Assembly: GCF_030435755.1 (NCBI RefSeq)
Contig: NC_080843.1
Coordinates: 68,670,485-68,734,484, forward strand
Source: Ochotona princeps
Taxonomy: Eukaryota
DNA: 64,000 nt
Reading direction: 5' to 3'
Position 1 is the first letter of the stretch. Each line of letters opens with the position of its first letter. Both the position numbers and the translations under genes were made by a program. Below, piece by piece: positions 50,497 to 61,625 of the stretch. The notes under the pieces are model-generated. The model saw only the letters and a program-made list of their open reading frames with translations, made no database searches and was not told the DNA's origin.

Positions 50497-50840
50497 GGCC
50501 TGGCACCGTGGGCTCGTGGTTAGGGCCTCACCTTGACCGTGCCCAGATCCCATGTAGATTCAGGTTCTGGTCCTGGCAGCCCCGCTTCCTATCCAGCTTC
50601 CCATCCAGCTCCCGGCTTGTGGCCTGGGAGAGTGGTTGAGAATGCCCCAATGCCCTGAAACGCTGCACCTGCCTGAGAGACCAGGAATAGCCTCGGGGCT
50701 CCTGGCTTCGGATTGGCTCAGCTCTGACCATTGAGGTCACTTGGGGGGTGAATCATCAGAAGATCTTCCTGTCTCTCCTCCTCTCTGCATATCTGATTTT
50801 GCAATAAAAATAATAAATAAAGCGTTAAAAAAAAAAAAGA
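50497..50840 (+). mobile_element. CSINE SINE, diverged
   Basis: tggcaccgtgggctcgtggttagggcctcaccttgaccgtgcccagatcccatgtag...tail aataaaaataataaataaagcgttaaaaaaaaaaaag. Confidence 0.7.
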
Positions 50841-50848
50841 TCAAAGAG

Positions 50849-51148
50849 GCTCGGCGTGATAGCCTAGTTGTTAAATCCTTGCCTTGCATGTCCTGGATCC
50901 CATATGGCTGCTGTTTTGTGTCCTGGCAGCCCATCTTCCCATCCAGCTCCCTGCTTATGGACTAGGAAAGCAGTTGAGAATGGCGCAAAGCCTGGGACCC
51001 TGTACCCAGGTGGGAGACCTGCAGGAAGAAGTTCTGGCTCCTGGTTTCAGATTGGCTCAGCTCCTGCCACTGCAGCCACTGGGGAGTAAACCAGCGGACA
51101 GATTTTTCTCTGTACTTATCTGCCTTTGCAATAAAAATAAAAAACCAA
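50849..51148 (+). mobile_element. CSINE SINE; tandem with 50497-50840
   Basis: ggctcggcgtgatagcctagttgttaaatccttgccttgcatgtcctggatcccatatgg...tail caataaaaataaaaaacc. Confidence 0.75.
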
Positions 51149-51593
51149 GTCCAGAGTATAATGCTTTCTACACAAGACGCACTGAAGTCATGGGAAAATC
51201 ATCAATAGATGTAAACACCTAAAACTCAAAATCCTCTGAGACGTGTAAGACTGAAAACACAAAATTTTAAAATTAGGAAGGTTTACGATGCTTTTATATT
51301 TTAAAAATAGTACCACCATGAAAAAAAATCTCTTGAAAAATACAGGCAATTGCTGTAAGCGTGTTATGGAGTAAGAGACACAAATAGGTACATGGAAACG
51401 AGTACCCCTGGTAACGCTGCAGATTGCGGGCTCTACCCTGAGTCATCCTGGGGTGTAAGTACACATACTTCCTCTTCTCCAATGAATTTTGTATTCCACA
51501 AAGTAAACATCAATTTCATAATTGAAAAAAAAATGAAAAACTAACTGAATGACACCTTCTCCCTTTCATGAGGTTTTTACCAAGGCATACTAC

Positions 51594-51682
51594 CTCTTGG
51601 TCCAGGTCATATTCTTCACTTGAATTAAGTGCAACCTTTACAGTAATGTAATCCCCATTTTTGACAGCGTCTCTCAGCAAAT
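51594..51682 (-). CDS. MPHOSPH8: MPHOSPH8 exon: (N)LLRDAVKNGDYITVKVALNSSEEYDLDQE
   Basis: Reverse strand: acceptor ttttgttttag|ATTTGCTGAGAG; donor CAAGAG|gtagtatg; the two leading nt complete an A-AT = Asn codon with the upstream exon. Confidence 0.8.
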
Positions 51683-51764
51683 CTAAAACAAAAGGAAAAA
51701 CCAATTACGTTTTGGATATAGCGGGATCTGAGCCCGGGGTTCCTAAGCTCTGAGAGCTACTCAC

Positions 51765-51884
51765 TGCTTGAAATTGCATCTGCTAAGGTGAAGCTCTCGT
51801 CTTCCCCATCCAGATGCTTCTGGAAATCATCCAGCTTCATCCACTCCAACTGCAGGTCCATGCCCAAGCTCTGATGCCTGCCGT
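51765..51884 (-). CDS. MPHOSPH8: MPHOSPH8 exon: (D)GRHQSLGMDLQLEWMKLDDFQKHLDGEDESFTLADAISS(N)
   Basis: Reverse strand: acceptor cttgcag|ACGGCAGGC; donor TCAAGCA|gtgagtag; 2+117+1 nt; phases join ...ENPG/AC -> Asp and A/AT -> Asn. Confidence 0.8.
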
Positions 51885-52156
51885 CTGCAAGACACAGGAG
51901 CCGCACTCACAGACTGCGCACAGCTGTTCAGGAAACAGGCTTTGTGTGAATGGGTCTTCCCTCCCCAGTCTCTGAAGCGGCTGAGGTTGGGCCAGGGGGA
52001 AGCCAGCAGTCAGGAACACAGTGCAGTTCTCACAGGCAGGTAGGAGAGCCTCTGCTTCCCAGACGGCTCGACGGCAGGAAGATGGAGTCCAAGGAGGTGA
52101 AGCTGGGACTTCACCCCACGCACATCGATCTGGGATGCATGCGTCCCAACAAGAAT

Positions 52157-52157
52157 C

Positions 52158-52189
<32 letters not shown>

Positions 52190-52480
52190 GTCAGATATAC
52201 AGAGAGGAGAAAAGACACAGAAGAAGATCTTCCATCCAATGACTCACTCCACAAGTGACCACAACAGCCAGGAGCCCAACCGATCTGAAGCCAGGAGCCC
52301 GGGGCCTCTTCCAGGTCTCCAGCCTCTTCCAGGCTTTGGGCCGTCCTTGACTGCTTCCCCAGGCCACAAGTAGAGAGCTGGATGGGAAGTGGGACTGCCG
52401 GGATTAGAACCAGCATCCATATGGATTCCTGGCACATTCAAGGAGAGGACTTTAACCGCTAGGCCATCGCACTGGGTCCA
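52157..52480 (-). mobile_element. CSINE SINE with T31 antisense tail
   Basis: c + T31 + acaaagtcagatatacagagaggagaaaagacacagaagaagatcttccatcc... Confidence 0.8.
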
Positions 52481-52621
52481 TGAAGAATCTTCAAGGTAAC
52501 AGCAACAGCGAAACTCAATTGCTATAGTACGTTTGATATACCAAATTCTGACTATTACTGAATTAACTAACAGTGGCTTGAGTTTTCCACACATATTTCA
52601 GTATTACAATTCTAATTGTAA

Positions 52622-52930
52622 GGCCCAGCGCAATAGCGTAGTGGTTAAAGCCCTCACCTTGCACGCACCAGGATCCCATATGGGCGCCGGTTCTAATCCC
52701 GGCAGCTCCACTTCCCATCCAGCTCCCTGCTTGTGGCCTGGGAAAGCAGTGGAGGACGGCCCAAAGTCTTGGGACCCTGCACCCATATGGGAGACCCAGA
52801 AGAGGCTCCTGGCTCCTGATTGGTGCAGCTACGGCCATTGCAGCCACTTTGGGAGTGAACCGGTGGATTCAAAATCTTTGTCCCTGCTCTAAGTCTGCCT
52901 TTCAAATAAAAATAAATAAATCCTCAAAAA
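52622..52930 (+). mobile_element. CSINE SINE, near consensus; inverted relative to 52157-52480 and 140 bp away
   Basis: ggcccagcgcaatagcgtagtggttaaagccctcaccttgcacgcaccaggatcccatatgggcgccggttctaatcccggcagctcc... Confidence 0.85.
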
Positions 52931-53278
52931 AAATTGATTGTAACTACAGTGATGGTATTAATCAGTTTGAAGAAAATGGCAGATTACAAGAATTGTTTTT
53001 ATATTAATAAAGAAGGGGTCTGCCTTATGTCCCAACTTCCAACCGAGTTCCGTGCCGATGGTCTGAAAAAGCAGAGGATGATGGCTCACGGGCTTGGGCC
53101 CCCTCTGTGCTGTGGGAAAAGTGAAAGAAGCCCCCGTTTCCTGCCTTTGGACTAGCTCAGCTCCGTCTAGCGTGGCCATCTGGGAAGGAAACCAGTGGAA
53201 GGCACCTGTTTCTCCTGCTCTCCCTGTAAAGTCTGCATTCCAAATGTTATTTGCTGCAGAGTTAAAAGGGTAGAATAG

Positions 53279-53960
53279 GGCCTAGCGTGGTAACCTAGTG
53301 TCTAAAGTCCTCTCCTTGCCTGCGCTGGGATCCCATATGGATGCCAATTTGTTTTTTTTTTTTTCTTAAAGATTTATTTATTTTTATTACAAAGATATAC
53401 AGAGAGGAGAGACAGAGAGATCTTCCATCACGATGATTCACTCCCCAAGTGAGCGCAACGACCAGTGCTGCGCCGATCCGAAGCCAGGAACCAGGAACCT
53501 CATCCAGGTCTCCCACGTGGGTGCAGGGTCCCAAAGCATTGGGCCGTCCTCAACTGCTTTCCCAGACCACAAGCAGAGAGCTGGATGGGAAGTGGAGCTG
53601 CCGGGATTAGAACCAGCGCCCGTATGGGATCCCGGTATGTTCAAGGCGAGGACTTTAGCCACTAGGCCACAGCGCCGGGCCCAAAGATGCCAATTTGTGT
53701 CTGGGATGCTCCACTTCCCATCCAGCTCCCTGCCTGTGGCCTGGGAAGGCAGTCGAGGACGGCCCAAAGCCTTTTCACCATATACCTATGTGGGAGACCT
53801 GGAAGAAGCTCCTGGCTCCTGGCTTTGGGTTGGCTCAGCTCCAGCCATTGTGGCCCTCGGGAAATGGACCAGTGGACACAAGATATTTTTCTCTGTCTCT
53901 CCTCCTCTCTGTAAATCTGACTTTACAATCAAAATAAATAAATCTTAAGAAAAAAAAAAG
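53279..53960 (+). mobile_element. CSINE SINE split in two (53279-53347 and 53684-53960) by a nested insertion
   Basis: Head gggcctagcgtggtaacctagtgtctaaagtcctctccttgcctgcgctgggatcccatatggatgcc resumes at 53684 ...tgtgtctgggatgctccacttcccatccagctccctgcctgtggcctggg...; the 12-bp duplication gatgccaatttg lies at both junctions. Confidence 0.8.
53352..53683 (-). mobile_element. CSINE SINE inserted into another CSINE, with 12-bp TSD gatgccaatttg
   Basis: T14 tail at 53352; ...aaagatttatttatttttattacaaagatatacagagaggagagacagag...ccacagcgccgggccc; TSD copies at 53340-53351 and 53687-53698. Confidence 0.85.
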
Positions 53961-54256
53961 GCTGACTATATAAATAAAGCTGTACGTGATCTGGTTTTTG
54001 CATGTAACCGTCTGAAATCTATGCCGGAGAAACAGGTACAAAATCAGGAATCCTCATGGCTGCGGATGAAATGACAGGAAATCAGAAAATGTTTGATCTA
54101 GATATATACCACAGAATGCCTGAAGTCGTCAAACTAAAAAGGTGAGTTGTTCAGAAGATTCTAAGGGAAGTTCTTCCACTTGATTATTCTCTCATCTTGA
54201 GGTCAGAACGGCGAGTGGCTGGAACCCTGAGGAAGCCGTGCGAGGCGGGCACTCAC

Positions 54257-54511
54257 CTGGGTTCTCGTCCGGGTGGAGCCCACTGTCCAGCAGCTCCTGA
54301 TCCCCCTCGGCGGCGATGTGTGCCCACGTGTCGGACTCCTCCCGCGCGGCCCTCCTGTCTTTAACTGTCTGTCTGCTCTCCTCGCTTGGCTGCTCTGCTG
54401 TGGTTTTACAATCTGCTGCTATTTCTTTTTTTCGATTATCTTCGGGCACATCGTTTTTTTCCTCTGAAGTTTTTTTAAGCAAATCAATTGCATTTTTTAT
54501 TTCCTTCAGTG
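54257..54511 (-). CDS. MPHOSPH8: MPHOSPH8 exon: (T)LKEIKNAIDLLKKTSEEKNDVPEDNRKKEIAADCKTTAEQPSEESRQTVKDRRAAREESDTWAHIAAEGDQELLDSGLHPDENP(D)
   Basis: Reverse strand: acceptor tcttcactag|CACTGAAGG; donor AACCCAG|gtgagtgcc; 2+252+1 nt = 255 nt; phases consistent with neighbours. Confidence 0.85.
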
Positions 54512-54852
54512 CTAGTGAAGAGATTAGATTGATGGCAAGTAGGAGACATAAAAGAAAAAACATGGGTGTGAAACAGATATTTCCTTAGCTTTTACGGATA
54601 GTTACAGAAACGACTACAGGTCAGCTGTTCCGAAAGCCGCAGCTGTGACAAGCCCCTTGCAGCTGTAGGAGCTAGGGTGACAGGAGTCGTAGCAGAAACC
54701 CTCTCCAAGTGCCTGCTGGACACTGCCAACCACGCAGTGGCTGCACCTGCTCAGAGTCTTCTGAGACTAATTCTGAACTAAAGATCAAAGTAGGGGAAAT
54801 ATGATAAAGCACCAGGCCTAGCATAGTAACTCAAAAAGGAAAACAAAAACTG

Positions 54853-55170
54853 GGGGCTCTGCACAGTGGCTCGATGGCTGAATCTTCACCTTGCAAGCAT
54901 GGGATTCTCACAAGACCCTGTTCCTGTCCCGGCAGCCCCGCTTCCCATCCAGCTCCCTGCCTGTGTCCTGAGGACGGCCCAAAGCCTTAGGACCCTGCCA
55001 CTTGCGTGGGAGACCCAGAAGAGGCTCCAGGCTCCTGGCTTCCGATCGGCTCAGCACTGGCCATTGCAGTCACTTGGGGAGCCAGCAAATGGAAGATCTT
55101 TCTGTCTCTCCTTCTCTCTGGCTATCTGCCTTTCTAATAAAAATGAATAAAGATTTAAAAAGAAACATAA
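54853..55170 (+). mobile_element. CSINE SINE, diverged
   Basis: ctgggggctctgcacagtggctcgatggctgaatcttcaccttgcaagcatgggattctcac...tail ctaataaaaatgaataaagatttaaaaag. Confidence 0.7.
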
Positions 55171-55791
55171 GAAAAAACATTGGGTCTGGCACTGTGGGGT
55201 AGCACGTTGAGCCTTCTCTTTCAGCACCAGCATTTGGATCCCAATTTTAGTTACTCTATTTTATGCAATGAATATGGCAAACAAAATTAACTACTTATCC
55301 CTTACTCAGGCAAGCTAATTCCTTCAAGTAACAAAACAATAAACAAAGAGTACAAGCACCATTTTTAAAAAAGGTTTGTAGCAGCCTATGCTGTGGCTGC
55401 TTCGCTTCCAATGCAGCTCCTTGCTAAGGTGCCTGGCAGAGCAATGAAAGATGACCCAAGCGCTTGAGCCTCTGCAGCCGCAGGGGAGGCCTGGAAGAAG
55501 CTCCTGTTCTAGGCGTGTGAGCAGTGAACCTGCAGATGGAAGCTCTCGCTAACTCTTCAAGTGTATGAACGAATGAACAAATAAATAAATCTTCAAGAAA
55601 CAGAACAAAATGAAGGAACAAGTCTTCTATACTCCTTGCTACTACCACCATGGCTGGGACAGGCAGTTCTCTACAGGGATACTGTATTCACATTATAATG
55701 TATTTGAAATTAACATACAAGAAAAAGGTTGATAAACCAGTCCTAATTTTGTATTACTTGGAACAGATAAGAGCCTTTAAAATATGCCATC

Positions 55792-56125
55792 TGGCCTGGT
55801 ACAACAGCGAAGCAACTAAAGTCCTCGCCTTGCACGTGCCAGGATCCCATGTGGCCTCTGGTTCTAATCCCGGCCGCTCCACTTCCCATCCAGTTCCCTG
55901 CTTGTGGCCTGGGAAAGCAGTTGGGGACGGCCCAAAGCCTTGGGACCCTGCACCCGCGTGGGACACCCGGAAGAAACTCCAGGCTCCTGGCTCCTGATCG
56001 GTCCAGTCCCACTCCAGCCTTTGCAGCCACTTGGGGAGTGACCCAGCAGGTGGAGGACCTTCCTCTCTGTCCCTCCTCCTGTCTGTGTATCTCACTTACC
56101 AATAAAATAAATCTTAAAACAAAGC
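55792..56125 (+). mobile_element. CSINE SINE
   Basis: ...agtcctcgccttgcacgtgccaggatcccatgtggcctctggttctaatcccggccgctccacttcccatccagttccctgcttgtggcctgggaaagcag... Confidence 0.8.
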
Positions 56126-56584
56126 AACAAACCAACCACAGCGATCACTCCTTCCTAACTTCTGTTATCTGCTATTACAGCAAGATCCTGTTAGGCTTAA
56201 AAAAGTTGATTCTTAATATTACTACCATTACGTATAAGCACCAGGAACAGACTCGAGGAAAAGGATCCCTCCCAGATAATCGCTGCTTCCAACAGAACAC
56301 GCACTTGCGCACAGCAGTACAAAGGTCTGTTTCGTTTGGCACCCACTAACAGTCACGGTCACTTCTCCTAATTTTAATCCACTCTATCATACTGAAAAGG
56401 AGGAAGAACAAGAACAGGAGGAAGAACTATGAAATGCACAATGTCAGTTGTTACATACAAGGACTTCACATTAGCCTGGCTAAATCGAAACAGCGGAAGC
56501 TCTGCAATGAACAAAACTCCCCGGCTCGGTACCAAGAGGTAGGGCTTCTGGAAGGAAATGGCGAACGCGAGTGGTCACACTTAC

Positions 56585-56684
56585 TCTTCAGGCCCTTCAG
56601 CTCTCTTCGCGTTTTTTCTTCCTTATCTGAATCATACCTTTTTTGATATTTTTCTTTGGGTTCTTTTTTTTTGGACTCTTTCTC
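56585..56684 (-). CDS. MPHOSPH8: MPHOSPH8 exon: EKESKKKEPKEKYQKRYDSDKEEKTRRELKGLK(T)
   Basis: Reverse strand: acceptor tttttcag|GAGAAAGAG; donor CTGAAGA|gtaagtgtg; 99+1 nt; the trailing A completes ACA (Thr) with the next exon. Confidence 0.8.
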
Positions 56685-56887
56685 CTGAAAAACATGTACG
56701 TAAGATCTAAAACAAGAATGGATGAAGAATACTTGTTGAATTCTTTACTTAGTGCAACACATTGTAAAAGTTACTGTAAAATGTAATGGTAGAATATGGC
56801 AGGGGGAGGGTAGGACAGTATCATTATGGGCTTAAAACGGCTTACATGAAATATATAAAATCTGTTCTCTTTACCAATTTAAAGTTT

Positions 56888-57160
56888 GGGGCCAGCACCA
56901 TGGCAAAGCAGGTTATGCCTCCATGTGCAGCACTGACATTCCATATGGGTGCTGGTTCAATTCCCACTCTTCTACTTCTGATCCAGCTTCCTGCTAATGG
57001 TCTTGCTCCCACCCCTGGGGGAGACCCCAAGGAAGCTCCTGGCTCCTGGCTCCAGACCAGCACAGCTCCACCCAACGCAGCCGTTTGGGAAATGAACTAG
57101 CAGATGGAAGGTCTTTATCTCTCTGGAAATCTACCTTTCCAATAAAAATAAAACCTTTCA
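56888..57160 (+). mobile_element. CSINE-related SINE, diverged
   Basis: ggggccagcaccatggcaaagcaggttatgcctccatgtgcagcactgacattccatatgggtgctggttcaattccc... Confidence 0.6.
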
Positions 57161-58320
57161 AAAATGTTTATCAAAAATGTTATAAAAACTGGAAAAAAAA
57201 CTTTAAAAAAATATTTCCCTTTTGCTTACAAATCAAGCATAGATTAGATTATTCATTCTTTATTTACACCGCATGACAGTCCTAGCGTCTTCCAGTGTTT
57301 TCTAAGCTTTGCTACACTGTTCTCACGATCTCAATGGCTCTGACCATCCTCAAGTGGATGAACTAGCATTTCTTCACCGTTTTTTTCCCAGGGCTAGACA
57401 GACCGCTGCCAGTGGTTCGCCAGCGAAGACGGCACTCCCATAACCATCTCTGCACACACGGCTGTTGAAACAGGAGTTGAGGCTGCGGTGCAGCATGTTA
57501 AACAACACTAGCCCTGCCCGTCACGCCTGCAGTGCAGCGTCCCGTGTGCCTGCGGTGCTGCGGTCACACGGGACAACAGGACAGAGTCCAGGTCCGGGGC
57601 CTCAGCCTGCCTAACTGCAACTGTTACAGCAATGCACTTCGAATATATCAGTCAGTCTTCAAAAAGAAAGCAAAGATTGTATGAATAATAGATGAAAAAT
57701 ACTGCATAAACACACACTTTCACAATTTGGAATATATTTTCATTTAGAAAAACTCATGTAAAATAATGGCATAATAGGACACTGTATAATAATATTTAGT
57801 AGCTGTATGTTAAATGTGTCGTTTTAGGCATTGTAGTACGGAGTATTAAATCGCTGCCTGGGATGCCAGCAGCCTTGAGGGCTTCAAGTCTACAGTATTC
57901 CACTTCCTGTTCAGCTTCCTGCTGATGTATCCTGGGTGGGAGCTAATGCTGGTTCCAGGGCTCGAGCTCCTGCCATCCCTGGCTAAGACCAAAATGGCCC
58001 CATCGTGGTGGGCATTTGGGAAGGGAACCAGCAGATGGAAGATCTCTCTTCTGCTGTTCAAGTAGATGAACTGAATACACATTTTAAAAAGTTAACGCTA
58101 TAGCATGTTGTGTATACGCTATTATTTATGTGAAGAATACAAGCAGGTGAGAAAAGCTGGCGAAATGAGCTGATACACCTGTACGCTGTTACACATTATC
58201 CGAGCACCTAAAAATAAAATCCTCACTTTTGTTCGTAAATTAGCCATCCATTTTCTCATAAGTTACCAAAATTAGCTGAAGACTCAGAAATAAGACTCAG
58301 AAATTTAGCCAAAGGGCTAA

Positions 58321-58655
58321 ATGGGGCCCGGCGGCATGGCCTAATGGCTAAAGTCCTTGCCTTGAAAGCCCCGGGATCCCATATGGGCGCCGGTTCTAAT
58401 CCCGGCAGCTCCACTTCCCATCCAGCTCCCTGCTTGTGGCCTAGGAAAGCAATCGAGGATGGCCCAAAGCTTTGGGACCCTGCACCCGCGTGGGAGACCT
58501 GGAAGAGGTTCCTGGTTCCCGGCATCAGATCGGCACGCACAGGCCCGTTGTGGCTCACTTGGGGAGTGAACCATCGGATGGAAGATCTTCCTCTCTTTCT
58601 CTCCTCCTCTCTGTATATCTGGCTTTCCAATAATAATAAAATCTTAAAAAAAAAA
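58321..58655 (+). mobile_element. CSINE SINE, consensus-like, with 11-bp TSD agggctaaatg
   Basis: TSD at 58310-58320 and 58657-58667; gggcccggcggcatggcctaatggctaaagtccttgccttgaaagccccgggatcccatatgggcgccggttctaatcccggc...A12 tail. Confidence 0.9.
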
Positions 58656-58778
58656 AAGGGCTAAATGACCTTTTGCACTCTAACCGCTAGTCCCACTCCT
58701 TCCCTGAAGACGGAAACACTTTGGGGACCACTTTGTGTCTGCGCCCCTCTGCCCCTCACACCTCCCTCCCCCCCTTAC

Positions 58779-59579
58779 CTGCTCCACTGACTCCGAGGCC
58801 CTGAGGCCGCTCTCCGCCACGGTGGGCCACGAGGGCTGCATCTGGGCACCCATGGGTGTCAGTCTGTCTAACTCTGCGGTGCCTCTGCCCTTGTCTTGAC
58901 TGCCTTGTTTTTGCTTTTTAGGAACAGCCTTCTTCTCTGAGCCAACACCCTTGTTTTCTGGCTTTCCGCTCTCCCTCTTGCCTTTGCGCTCAGCATCCTC
59001 GCCCGCACTGAGCGCGCCGTCCCCCTCTTTCTCCGAGGCGCCCTCCTGCTCCGCACCCTGCTCCTCCGGATCCTGGGCTCCTCTGGGTTCTTTCTCATCC
59101 CTGTTGTCCGGATGTAATTCTTCCTGACTCTCCTCGTGAGAAGGGGGCTCACGCAGCACACTGAGCTCAGACTCAAACGGAGAGTCAGCAGATTTCTCTT
59201 TTCTTGCTTTTCTGTTTTCTTTCGGATCTTCCCTTACTTTCGTCTTTAAATCTTTCAATTCACCTTTTTTAGCTTTTTTCAATTCCTTCAGTTCATCTTT
59301 TTTTGGCTTTTTGGAGTCCTTTAATTCTTCTTTGCCTTCCAAGATTCTTTTCTTTGCCCTTAAATCGATAACTAACCTTTCGGGGGAGCTCTCCGGGTCC
59401 GCGCCGGGCTGCTCCTTTCCCTTCCCGGTCTTGGCTTTTTTCTTTTTCACATCCTCCAGGTTTTTTTCTTCTCTCGGCCTCGGCTTTTTCTTCTTGCTTG
59501 GGTAAGTCTCTTCTTGCGTCTCGCTTTGCTGATCACTGTCAGAGTTTGCCTCGAATATGTCCTTATTTAATGACAGCCT
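58779..59579 (-). CDS. MPHOSPH8: MPHOSPH8 large exon of 801 nt (267 codons): RLSLNKDIFEANSDSDQQSETQEETYPSKKKKPRPREEKNLEDVKKKKAKTGKGKEQ...KKAVPKKQKQGSQDKGRGTAELDRLTPMGAQMQPSWPTVAESGLRASESVEQ
   Basis: Reverse strand: acceptor cttgtag|AGGCTGTCA; uninterrupted frame to donor GAGCAG|gtaagg; Lys/Glu-rich low-complexity linker typical of MPP8 between the chromodomain and the ankyrin repeats. Confidence 0.8.
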
Positions 59580-59779
59580 CTACAAGACACAAAAAGGTAC
59601 GAAGTTCATTGCCAGTCACGCTGAAGGCTTTAGGAAGCGGTAACAGTGCGAACTGCAGGTTTTCCCTTCGAGCAGGCGCTCACCTGCCTAGAAGGACTTC
59701 CCTGAGTTGAAGCGGTGTCGCACGCGGGGCTCTGGCTGCGTGCGTACTTGGTGGGAGAGACGAGTACCAGTTTAGAAAG

Positions 59780-60088
59780 TGAACACAGGCCCGGCGGCGT
59801 GGCCTAGCGGCTAAAGTCCTCGCCTTGAAAGCCCCGGGATCCCATATGGGCGCCGGTTCTAATCCCGGCAGCTCCACTTCCCATCCAGCTCCCTGCTTGT
59901 GGCCTGGGAAAGCAGTCGAGGACGGCCCAATGCATTGGGACACTGCACCCACGTGGGGGACCCGGAAGAGGTTCCTGGTCCCGGCTTCAGATCAGCGCAG
60001 CACCGGCCACTGTGGCTCACTTGAGGAGCCTCCTCTCTGTATGTCTTACTTTGGGATAAAAATAAATAAATCTTTAAAAAAAAAAAAA
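59780..60088 (+). mobile_element. CSINE SINE, consensus-like, with TSD
   Basis: Flanks gaaagtgaacacag|ggcccggcgg... and ...A13 g|aaaatgaacag: TSD about 12 bp; near-identical to the 58321 copy. Confidence 0.9.
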
Positions 60089-60947
60089 GAAAATGAACAG
60101 GACCCTGGTGCCTGACCGAAGCAGGATGAGCAGGGGGGCCTTCCTGCATGGCTGGTCTTACGTGATTTTGAATTTCATCATTTCCAAAAATATCGAGAAT
60201 AATTTTACTTGAGTACTAACGAAGTAGCTAACAAATCAAAAACACATTTTTTTTTTTGTTTTGTCTTGTTTTAAGACACTGGTTCTTAAACTTTGCTGTT
60301 ACATTTCACAAACATGCACAGGACAAGACTGCATGCAAATCTCCAACTGATTTGAATATTCCTAATTGATTTGTGTTAAATCAGCTCTAATATTTGCTAT
60401 GAAAAATATATTTCTATTGTAGACTTTAAAATGGAACTTCAAGAATAAAATATCTGTGTGACCATAAACATAACACATTCCATTAAAAAAAAAAAGCTTG
60501 GAATAAATCCCAAGTGGAAATGCAAACACAAAACAAAACAAAACAATGACGTATTTCCCCAAGTCGTCTCAGGGGTGGGAAGTACACAGAGGGAAACCTG
60601 TGTATTTTTTCTGCATCTTACTTCAAAAGAGGTAGGTTTATTTTAGTGCAAAACATCTGGAAGCCCTTGCATGGTTTTCTCCCATTATGCTCATTTTCTA
60701 TGAATTTCTTCAAACATGCTCACATTAACTGTGTACCTCAACAAGGCAAAAGGAAGGAACAATGCAATTTTATTTTTCTGTCTCTTAATTTTCTCTGCTT
60801 ACAATGAATTGCTCAAACAGAGCACAGCTCTTCTGACGGGGAAGAGCCAGTGGTCAGCTTTATCTGTGCTACACTCCTGTCCACTTCAGTGCTTAGGCTC
60901 AAAGTCCACAGTGTTGTCAATACTGCCATACTTGAAAAAGGCCAGAA

Positions 60948-61275
60948 TCTGGGCCCAGCGCGATAGTGTAATGGTTAAGGTCCTTGTCTTGAACGCACCG
61001 GGATCCCATATGGGCGACGGTTCTAATCCCAGCAGCTCCACTTCCCATCCAGCTTCCTGTTTGTGGCCTGGGAAAGCAGTCGAGGATGGCCCAAGGCCTT
61101 GGGACCCTGCACCCGCGTGGGAGGCCCGGAAAGAAGTTCCTGGCTCCTGGCTTTGGACCGGCGCAGCACCGGCCACTGCGGTCACTTGGGGAGTGAATCA
61201 TCGGATGGAGGATCTTCCCGTCTCTCCTCCACTCTGTACATCTGACTTTCCAATAAAATAAATAAAACTTAAAAA
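60948..61275 (+). mobile_element. CSINE SINE
   Basis: gggcccagcgcgatagtgtaatggttaaggtccttgtcttgaacgcaccgggatcccatatgggcgacggttctaatcccagc... Confidence 0.8.
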
Positions 61276-61339
61276 AAACCAAAATATTAAAAAAAAAAAA
61301 AAAAGAATGAATAGGGGCAGAATCCATGAGAGCTCGTCT

Positions 61340-61625
61340 ACAACAGAACAGAGGGGCTGGCACTGAGGCCCGCCACAGTAGCTGCGCTGGCCGTTGCAAT
61401 GCCAGCATCCCCCTGGGCACTGGCTGGAGTCCCAGGTCCCGGCTCAGCACCTGGGCAGCAGCAGAGGACGACCCCACCCAGGAGACCCCAGGCTGCACAC
61501 ACGCAGGGCCTCCAGGCTCCTGGTCAGCCCAGCCCTGGCTGCTGGGGTCACTGAGGGAGGGAACTGATGGACGGTTCTTTCTCACCTGCTCTTTCTCTAA
61601 GTCCACCTTTTAAATAAATAGATCT
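61340..61625 (+). mobile_element. CSINE-related SINE, GC-rich and diverged
   Basis: gaggggctggcactgaggcccgccacagtagctgcgctggccgttgcaatgccagcatccccctgggcactggctggagtcccagg...ctaagtccaccttttaaataaatag. Confidence 0.5.

Noticed and set aside
54192-54563. 123-aa minus ORF as a stand-alone gene
   Set aside because: It is not independent. It is the MPHOSPH8 exon at 54257-54511 plus flanking intronic read-through.
58868-59176. 102-aa minus ORF (MSLSSVCCVSPLLTRRVRKNY...) inside the MPHOSPH8 large exon
   Set aside because: It is an alternate frame of the genuine 801-nt exon. Its Arg-rich composition is a frame-shift artefact of the Lys/Glu-rich true frame.
60917-61606. 229-aa minus-strand ORF
   Set aside because: It is the antisense read-through of two adjacent SINE copies (60948-61275 and 61340-61625). 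It contains the recurrent SINE peptide ...HPMIHSPSDRSGRCCAGPKPGARNFFPGLPRGCRVPRPWAILDCFPRPQTGSWMGSGAAGIRT...
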